DNA of 41,501 nucleotides, taken from the IMG/VR virus record IMGVR_UViG_3300044878_000100, positions 1 to 41,501 of that record; one strand, given 5' to 3'. The stretch's first letter is position 1; every line of letters starts with the position of its first letter. Source of the DNA: a virus (Duplodnaviria; Caudoviricetes). The notes beneath the pieces were generated by a model that was not told where the DNA came from, searched no databases, and worked only from the letters and a program-made list of their open reading frames with translations. A program made the translations under genes and the position numbers. Below are positions 7,947 to 13,945 of this stretch, piece after piece.

Positions 7947-8186
7947 CTGCTAATCTGCCTATGTTTCCGCTTTTTCCTGCCTCTACCCGCCTAGGGGGAT
8001 TGTTGATGTTTCTTTTTGACCGGTGAGAGTGTGTGGCTATGAGCAGGAATCGGGATTGAGCCCCTGGTTCCAACAAGCAGGCAAGTGAAGCTGTAGGTAC
8101 CGTCAAGCAGAAGCGAGTAGTCAGCTTCTGAAAGTCGCGTAAACCTTCCCCTTGTCTCCCATTAGACGTATAGACAGGATTCGGAC

Positions 8187-8822
8187 ATGGACATCACATC
8201 AGAGCAGATCAAGTCGGCCCGGGAACGCCGGCAGATGACGCAGCAGGAACTGGCGGATGAGGTTGGGGTTTCGCTTCGTACGGTGGGGAGCTGGGAGCGG
8301 GGCGAGACGGTGCCGCGTAACCGCATGGGTGCCGTTGCCGAGGCCCTGGGTATTGAGGTTGAGGGTGAGCGTGACTTCGGCCCCGCGGCGATCCGCCGGC
8401 GTCTCGGAATCTTGGCCAAGCAGCGGAGGGAGCAGCTTGGTTTGGCGCGGGTACCTTTTGCACGGCACGCTGGTATGCACGATCAGGCTGTGATGCAGTT
8501 TGAGTATGCGCAGCGTTGGCCGCGGACTGCGACGTTGCGGAAGTTTGAGGACGCGCTTGGTTGGAAGCCGTTTATCACTGAGGACATTCTGAGTTCTTCG
8601 CGGCGGGCGTCAACGATTGAGTTGGCGGACCTGGATAACCCTGCGGTTGTTCAGCCCGTGTCTGGATCCGTTCCGTTGGCTGGGGTTCCGACCGCTGATC
8701 TGCTGGCTGAGCTGGTGCGCCGGAACGATGCTGCGGTGAGGGCTGCGGCCGAACCGACCCAGCACCATTACGACCTTGCCGCCTCGGATGATCACATTGA
8801 GGGCGAGGATGACCGGGACTAG
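8187..8822 (+). CDS. Immunity repressor with two XRE HTH domains
   Basis: ARERRQMTQQELADEVGVSLRTVGSWERG and RREQLGLARVPFARHAGM..VMQFE...EDALGW. Confidence 0.85.
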   Translation: MDITSEQIKSARERRQMTQQELADEVGVSLRTVGSWERGETVPRNRMGAVAEALGIEVEGERDFGPAAIRRRLGILAKQRREQLGLARVPFARHAGMHDQAVMQFEYAQRWPRTATLRKFEDALGWKPFITEDILSSSRRASTIELADLDNPAVVQPVSGSVPLAGVPTADLLAELVRRNDAAVRAAAEPTQHHYDLAASDDHIEGEDDRD

Positions 8823-8973
8823 GTGACCCGCAGCACGGCAACAAAAGTTCACCTAGCTAGGGTCTTTCGGCCCTGACCTGCACCGTTACCTTTGTGTTAG
8901 CAAATCGGCCCGGATCGTTAATGAATTTGTGACAGATGTAACCTGCTTTTTGGTCAAAACTGTCTGCCCGTAA

Positions 8974-8989
8974 TCGTATCTTTGTTCGA
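8974..8989. promoter_or_regulatory. Putative LexA box upstream of ImmA-like gene
   Basis: TCGTATCTTTGTTCGA (2 mismatches to consensus). Confidence 0.5.
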
Positions 8990-9434
8990 AGGGCGGTCGT
9001 TGGGGTCGCTCGCAAAGACGCGGGGGTTTGTTGTGGTTGCTGTTGTGTTTGGTCGCTTGCCTGAAGGTGTTCACGGATACACGGACGGGGAGCGGATTTT
9101 TGTTGATGACAGGCTGACGGCGGCGCAGTTGTTGTGCACGCTCGTTCATGAGGGGATCCACATTGAGCGGGGCCAGGGAACACGGCAGCTCGAGTCTGAG
9201 GAGATGGCCGTGCGTTACGAGACGGCCCGGCGACTGTTGCCCCTGGACAGGATCGCGGGGGCTTGTAAGTCCGGGAAGCTGTCAGAGATTGCTAAGGGGC
9301 TCGGTGTGACTAAGCGGGTACTCATGGACCGGGCCGTGACGTTGACCGATCAGGAAGCGTCAGACGCCGGCTGCTGGGATTGTCAGCTCTGCCCGGCGAT
9401 CCAGATGCGGGCTCAACGGATGGTCGCCGCCTAA
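8982..9434 (+). CDS. ImmA/IrrE-family Zn metallopeptidase (anti-repressor); start may be GTG 9033
   Basis: CTLVHEGIH (HEXXH), E...ARRLLP, C-terminal HTH (IAKGLGVT). Confidence 0.85.
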   Translation: MFEGRSLGSLAKTRGFVVVAVVFGRLPEGVHGYTDGERIFVDDRLTAAQLLCTLVHEGIHIERGQGTRQLESEEMAVRYETARRLLPLDRIAGACKSGKLSEIAKGLGVTKRVLMDRAVTLTDQEASDAGCWDCQLCPAIQMRAQRMVAA

Positions 9435-9443
9435 GAACGACAG

Positions 9444-9483
9444 AAGCGCCCCCGTTTTGCAGCAAGCGGGAGGCGCTTTTTTG
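9444..9483 (+). terminator. Rho-independent terminator after immunity cassette
   Basis: AAGCGCC...GGCGCTT stem followed by T run. Confidence 0.8.
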
Positions 9484-9492
9484 TGCCCTGAT

Positions 9493-9512
9493 GCAGTGAG
9501 CCGCAGTGACTA
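9493..9512 (+). promoter_or_regulatory. CAGTGA box copy 3 (attP arm)
   Basis: GCAGTGAGCCGCAGTGACTA, 5 bp from first arm site. Confidence 0.7.
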
Positions 9513-9517
9513 ATCGC

Positions 9518-9729
9518 GTTGCCAAGCTGTTGACAAGGGCAACAACAGGATGGAATGGATGCGACAGAATGATACAAACAGCGTCTAACTTCCGCATGTT
9601 CTAGGGGTAAACCCGCTACATTCCGGGGTATTCACAGGAGTTCGAATCTCCTTAGCTCCACCCATTTAGGCCCTAGAAATCAAGGAACTTTTCGCCGCTG
9701 TTGCCAAGAGGCCTATTTATGTTGCCAAG
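9518..9729 (+). other. attP with integrase arm-type sites
   Basis: GTTG(C/A)CAAG at 9518, 9529, 9700, 9721 flanking the tRNA-derived core. Confidence 0.8.
9635..9661 (+). other. attP core = 3' end of tRNA-Ala (T-arm plus acceptor strand), not a full tRNA
   Basis: CAGGAGTTCGAATCTCCTTAGCTCCAC; TAGCTCC pairs with GGGGCTA 5' end typical of tRNA-Ala. Confidence 0.85.
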
Positions 9730-9782
9730 CCTCTGTTAAACTTAGAGTGATGCACTACTCCCACTCAGTGAAAGACAGGCGC

Positions 9783-9953
9783 ATGACAGCGATCCCAGAT
9801 GAAGCGGTAGAGGCGGCGTGGGGCGTGAAGTATCGCAACGTGTACCCGTACGAGTCAGAGGAAGAAGCGCGCTGGCAGCTCTCCCTCGCGCAGATGGATG
9901 TGCCGGCAACGTTGGTGAAGAAAGTCGCAGGCGTATGGGTGAGTGCCCAATGA
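9783..9953 (+). CDS. Small hypothetical protein
   Basis: MTAIPDEAVEAAW... Confidence 0.6.
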   Translation: MTAIPDEAVEAAWGVKYRNVYPYESEEEARWQLSLAQMDVPATLVKKVAGVWVSAQ

Positions 9954-10147
9954 TTTCCGACGAGGCAGGAACAATCGTCGAGGGCTACCCAATGTTTGCT
10001 CGCATCAAGGTAGTGGATGGACCTCTTGCGTCCTTCCCGATTGTGGAACGCGTCTATGGTGGGTGGCAGTCAGGGGCTATGCACTATCCGGACTCGCTGG
10101 TGGAAAGCTACGCACCTCTCCACCTGACGGCCCAGGAGTCTGCATGA
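9950..10147 (+). CDS. Small hypothetical protein
   Basis: MISDEAGTIVEG..., ATGA overlap. Confidence 0.6.
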   Translation: MISDEAGTIVEGYPMFARIKVVDGPLASFPIVERVYGGWQSGAMHYPDSLVESYAPLHLTAQESA

Positions 10148-10260
10148 GCATCCTAATTAATGTGGCGCTCTACGCTCTCCTATCGGCCCTTGCCCTAGCT
10201 GCGTTCGGCTTCGTATCTGTATGGGCATGTTCGCTCTTTGAGCGGAAGGAGCCCAAGTGA
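10144..10260 (+). CDS. Small membrane protein
   Basis: MSILINVALYALLSALALAAFGFVSVWACSLFERKEPK; AGGAG SD. Confidence 0.6.
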   Translation: MSILINVALYALLSALALAAFGFVSVWACSLFERKEPK

Positions 10261-10382
10261 TCCCGGGCGCTGCGTTCGAGCTACCCGAACCCATGCGGCA
10301 GATCCTGGAGCAGGCAGACGCAGCCTACGAGGACGCTTACAGCCGGGCGCACGAGCGATGGATGGAACGCGCCCGTGGCTAG
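10257..10382 (+). CDS. Small hypothetical protein (41 aa)
   Basis: GTGA overlap, AAGGAG SD; MIPGAAFELPEPMRQILEQAD... Confidence 0.55.
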   Translation: MIPGAAFELPEPMRQILEQADAAYEDAYSRAHERWMERARG

Positions 10383-11535
10383 TATCCGCACCCGTACCCG
10401 CGCAGACGGGTCAGCAGCGCATCAGGTGATGTGGCGGGAGAATGGCAAGGGCGACTCGATCACCTTTGACGATCGCCCCGAAGCTGAGATGTGGAAGCGG
10501 CTCCTTGACGCGAACGGAAACTCGCTAGGCGCCGCGACGAAGGTCTACGAGGATTCCCAGCATGACGGGCCGACAGTTGCTGAGGCGATGGTCACGCACA
10601 TTGACCAGCTAGTCGGCGTCACCCCGTACACGTTGAAGCGGTACACGTCCGCTGTTCGCCTGCACTTCTCCGGGCCTTTGGGGCAGATGAAGATCAAGGC
10701 CGTCACGCACGAACACGTCATCCAGTGGATCAAGTGGATGCAGGGGCGGGATAAAGGGCCCAAGACTATCGCGGTCCAGCACGGGCTGTTGTCGGCGACG
10801 ATGGAGACGGCTGAGCGGCAGGGGCTCATCGCCAGGAACCCATGCAAGGGCGTCCGGCTCCCCAAGCAGGTCCGCGTGGGCGATGATGGGGACGACATCG
10901 ACATGGAAGATTTCAGGGCCATACGCGAGCGTACAGACCCGCACTTCCGACCGTTCCTAGACTTCCTCGTCGGAACAGGTTGCCGGTTCTCTGAGGCCAC
11001 GGCTCTAGTTGCCAAGGACTTCACGCTCGACACGGATCCGCCGCTCGTGTTCATCACGAAGGCGCACAAGCTCGGCGGTGAAGGTGAGGCTCGATACGTT
11101 GGTGAGCCGAAGTCTAGGAAGTCTCGCCGGCGTGTGTCGCTGGCCCCGTCCACCGCGCTAGCCGTGCGCCCTCTCGTTGAAGCTGCCACGAAGGACAAGG
11201 GCCCAGTGTTCCGCATGAAGGACGGCGGCGAGTTCACCGCGCAGGCCTTTTACAATCGGTCCTGGAACAAGGCGAGGACTGACGCCGGGTTCGGCAAGGA
11301 CGGGCATAAGCACATCACCGTCCACTCAATCCGCCACCTGCACGCCGCCGCACTCCTCCACGCGGGCATGGACATGTATCAGCTCAGCGTGCGCATGGGC
11401 CATAATTCCATCGGGATTACGTTGGATTTGTACGCTCACCTCATGCCGGACGCCCACTTCAAGGGAGCCCAGCACGCAGCCAAAGCGCTCGAGTTGCCAG
11501 ACATCCCGGAACTAGACGAAGGAATCAGCGCATGA
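10375..11535 (+). CDS. int: Tyrosine integrase
   Basis: TGCRFSE (R), HSIRH (HxxR), MGH, LYAH (Y). Confidence 0.97.
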   Translation: MASIRTRTRADGSAAHQVMWRENGKGDSITFDDRPEAEMWKRLLDANGNSLGAATKVYEDSQHDGPTVAEAMVTHIDQLVGVTPYTLKRYTSAVRLHFSGPLGQMKIKAVTHEHVIQWIKWMQGRDKGPKTIAVQHGLLSATMETAERQGLIARNPCKGVRLPKQVRVGDDGDDIDMEDFRAIRERTDPHFRPFLDFLVGTGCRFSEATALVAKDFTLDTDPPLVFITKAHKLGGEGEARYVGEPKSRKSRRRVSLAPSTALAVRPLVEAATKDKGPVFRMKDGGEFTAQAFYNRSWNKARTDAGFGKDGHKHITVHSIRHLHAAALLHAGMDMYQLSVRMGHNSIGITLDLYAHLMPDAHFKGAQHAAKALELPDIPELDEGISA

Positions 11536-11777
11536 CGATTGACGCGTTCCTGGAAGCCCGCATAACCGAGGACGAAGCCGAGGCAAGGTGGGTAGCGGAT
11601 GAGGGCGATCACGGCAGCTCGTATGTTCAGCACCCGGACCGCATCCTTGCTGAGTGCAAGGCGAAACGGGCCTTGATCGAAACGTATGCGGATGAGCATG
11701 GCTCGCTGTCATGCCTGATACCACTAGCATCCGTCTATTCCGATCACCCGGACTACAATCCGCAATGGTCGCTCTGA
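11532..11777 (+). CDS. DUF6221-like actinobacterial protein
   Basis: FLEARITEDE...RILAECKAKRALI...LASVYSDHPDY..W. Confidence 0.75.
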   Translation: MTIDAFLEARITEDEAEARWVADEGDHGSSYVQHPDRILAECKAKRALIETYADEHGSLSCLIPLASVYSDHPDYNPQWSL

Positions 11778-11784
11778 CTTAACC

Positions 11785-11830
11785 AAAAAACAGCCCGCCA
11801 CCCTCTGATGAGGGTGACGGGCTGTTCTAG
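11785..11830. terminator. Terminator between convergent int operon and lysis operon
   Basis: AACAGCCCG.CACCCTC-TGAT-GAGGGTG.CGGGCTGTT; A6 run gives U tail on minus. Confidence 0.85.
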
Positions 11831-11892
11831 TTGTGCGCGCGCGGCGCGTCTGGGGCGTTGGGTTCCCGGACGCACGGCAACGATATTACACG

Positions 11893-12075
11893 TTATGCGG
11901 CGTGGTCGCCGGATTTGGCGGGCGTGGCGTACCCTGCGACGAAGACGAGGATGGACGTGATGGCGCCCTGTACGACTACGGGCATGTCAATGCCGGCGAA
12001 TGTCAGCAGCCAGACGATGATGGTGGTCAGGGCGCCGGCTACGGTCGCGGCGGTCACTTTCGGGTTGATGTTCAT
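11893..12075 (-). CDS. Holin (2 TM)
   Basis: PKVTAATVAGALTTIIVWLL...ILVFVAGY; follows endolysin. Confidence 0.8.
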   Translation of the reverse strand: MNINPKVTAATVAGALTTIIVWLLTFAGIDMPVVVQGAITSILVFVAGYATPAKSGDHAA

Positions 12076-12851
12076 GCGGCACCCAGCTTCTGTCCGAGCG
12101 CGGTGATTACTTCCGCGGCCACGTCCTTGCCGACTGCCGCGATCACGGCGTCAGCAATTGCGGCAGTGTCGGTAGCTCCTGGCTTGATCCCGGCGATCTG
12201 GCCCACGATGTAACCGCCGTCCGCCTTGTCGAGCTTCTGGCCGAGGGCCTTGGCGGTCGCGGCGTACTGGTCATCCCGCGCGCTGTTCATATAGGCGCCG
12301 TCTGCTTTGTTGAGCAGGTTTGCTTTGAGCCAGTCCTGAGTTTCTTTTGAAATCATTTCGTCATCCTCCGATGTGGTAGTTCCTTGTGGTGCGATCGCCG
12401 CGGATCCTGCGAGCCGGTCGATCCTTGGCAGGTCCCAGATGCCGGGGCATGCGGTTGCGTTCCATTGCCGGTGCGGGCTTAGTGGGAGTGCGCCGTACTG
12501 GTCGCGTAGGTAGCGGACGAGTTCGGCGACGGTGGCGTAGTCTGCGTCGGTCGCTTCCGGGTGGCATTCAATGCCGATGGTGGTGGCGTTGCCTACAGCG
12601 TTCCCGGAGTGCCAGGCGGCGTCCTGCGGGCTCACAAGGCAGTCGATCCGGCCCGCACTGACAACGAAGTGTGCCGAGGTTGCGCCAGGCCCGCTAACGA
12701 AGAACTTGACCACGTCATCGTGCCGCTGCCCGAAGACGCCCCAGTGATGGATGACAATGCCGTCGATGGTGCGCTTGCGTCCGAACGCTGCGGGGACCAG
12801 CGCGGCGGGCGTGTAGCCCTTCGCTGTCTGCGATTCGTTGATGGTTGTCAT
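12072..12851 (-). CDS. Endolysin, N-acetylmuramoyl-L-alanine amidase (Amidase_2)
   Basis: IVIHHW, SAHF, AWHSG, IGIE, HRQWNATACPG. Confidence 0.92.
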   Translation of the reverse strand: MTTINESQTAKGYTPAALVPAAFGRKRTIDGIVIHHWGVFGQRHDDVVKFFVSGPGATSAHFVVSAGRIDCLVSPQDAAWHSGNAVGNATTIGIECHPEATDADYATVAELVRYLRDQYGALPLSPHRQWNATACPGIWDLPRIDRLAGSAAIAPQGTTTSEDDEMISKETQDWLKANLLNKADGAYMNSARDDQYAATAKALGQKLDKADGGYIVGQIAGIKPGATDTAAIADAVIAAVGKDVAAEVITALGQKLGAA

Positions 12852-13180
12852 GCCTGCTCCTGCGTGTTGTCCGGTTTTTCGAGGTTGGGCCAGGGGCGCA
12901 GCTCCCGGTCGGTGACGCCGTGTTCGGTGCAGTCGCGGCGGAGCTGGGATGCGTATTCTTCGATGCGGCGTCGGTTGCGTGCTTCACGGTCGGCCCGTTC
13001 GCGCTCCTTTTCGGCGTCTGCCCATGCTTCGTTTCGCTGGTCCTTGAGGGACACGTTGCGGATCCGTTCGCGTCCGGCGGCGCCGCTGAAATATTTCATG
13101 AGGCCGTTTACGAGGGCGAGGAGTGCGCCGGATCCGCCCAATGTTCCGAGGACTGTCACGAGTAGTTGTGTTGAGTCCAC
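12848..13180 (-). CDS. Lysis-cassette membrane protein (1 TM plus coiled coil)
   Basis: Hydrophobic N terminus, charged coiled coil. Confidence 0.75.
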   Translation of the reverse strand: MDSTQLLVTVLGTLGGSGALLALVNGLMKYFSGAAGRERIRNVSLKDQRNEAWADAEKERERADREARNRRRIEEYASQLRRDCTEHGVTDRELRPWPNLEKPDNTQEQA

Positions 13181-13186
13181 GCGGGC

Positions 13187-13618
13187 CTACTTTTCTGGGT
13201 CGTAGGCGTAGTGCCGTATTTTGACGAGGCGGGCGGCGAAGGCGAGGATCGCGAAGATGACGAAGCAGATGGACGCTACCCTGACGCTTACTTGGGTGAC
13301 GGGTAGCGCTGTGATGGCGACACCGTAGACGGCTAGTGCTGTCATGCAGAACCCGGATGCGGCGCGTTCAAGCCACCAGATGCCGGGTAGGACGGATACG
13401 GTTCCGAGCCCGCCGCCGATGAGGAGCATGGCGCCCCATGCGATTAGTAGCGTGTGCCCGAGCGAGGTTTGCACGGTGCGCGGCGGGTCCGTCACGACCG
13501 CGAGGCCTAGGACGCCAATTGCGATGTAGGCGAAGAAGTAGATCACTGACAGTGCCCGTGGTTCCTGTACTCGGAGCCACATGCGATGAGCGGCCTCGGC
13601 GAGTTTCTTATTGCGCAT
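13187..13618 (-). CDS. Lysis-cassette multi-TM membrane protein
   Basis: ATG 13618 with GGGAGG SD; about 4 TM helices. Confidence 0.75.
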   Translation of the reverse strand: MRNKKLAEAAHRMWLRVQEPRALSVIYFFAYIAIGVLGLAVVTDPPRTVQTSLGHTLLIAWGAMLLIGGGLGTVSVLPGIWWLERAASGFCMTALAVYGVAITALPVTQVSVRVASICFVIFAILAFAARLVKIRHYAYDPEK

Positions 13619-13731
13619 TGGTTGCCTCCCGGCGTGTTGTGACCTGCCGGGTTGGCGGTCGTATAGGGTTGGTGCCGTGTGGCCCTGGAGCGCAAGTCCG
13701 GGGCCATACGTTTTTGGGTTAGGCTGTGGGC

Positions 13732-13896
13732 ATGACTGGGGAACAGAACTGCGACTTGAAGTCCGTAACGCTTGCCGATGTTGCCGCGATGGTGGCGTGG
13801 TGGAAGGGCCGGGCGGTTCCGGCTGCCGCCCCAATCGCCCTCGACGATGCCGAACCGGAGTTTGACACCGTCGAGGGCTTCGTCCACATCCGCTAG
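13732..13896 (+). CDS. Antisense 54-aa moron gene, leaderless
   Basis: TAGGCT-N6-ATG; MTGEQNCDLKSVTLADVAAMVAWWKGRAV...VEGFVHIR; downstream hairpin 13905-13940. Confidence 0.55.
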   Translation: MTGEQNCDLKSVTLADVAAMVAWWKGRAVPAAAPIALDDAEPEFDTVEGFVHIR

Positions 13897-13945
13897 CCCA
13901 CAAGGTGCGGCCCCCGACTCATATGAGATGAGGGCCGCATTTGTG

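Noticed and set aside
7820-8130. Defined repressor operators (GGAAG/GAAAC and AGCAG repeats)
   Set aside because: Short repeats are present, but I could not derive a consistent consensus by eye
8187-8822. Integration-dependent immunity (attP inside repressor gene)
   Set aside because: The attP core lies about 800 bp downstream, beyond immA and a terminator
8928-8943. CRP/GlxR site TGTGA-N6-TAACC upstream of immA
   Set aside because: Second half-site matches only 3 of 5; too weak alone
9635-9664. tRNA gene
   Set aside because: Only the T-arm and 3' acceptor strand are present; no D or anticodon arm upstream, so it is the attP core
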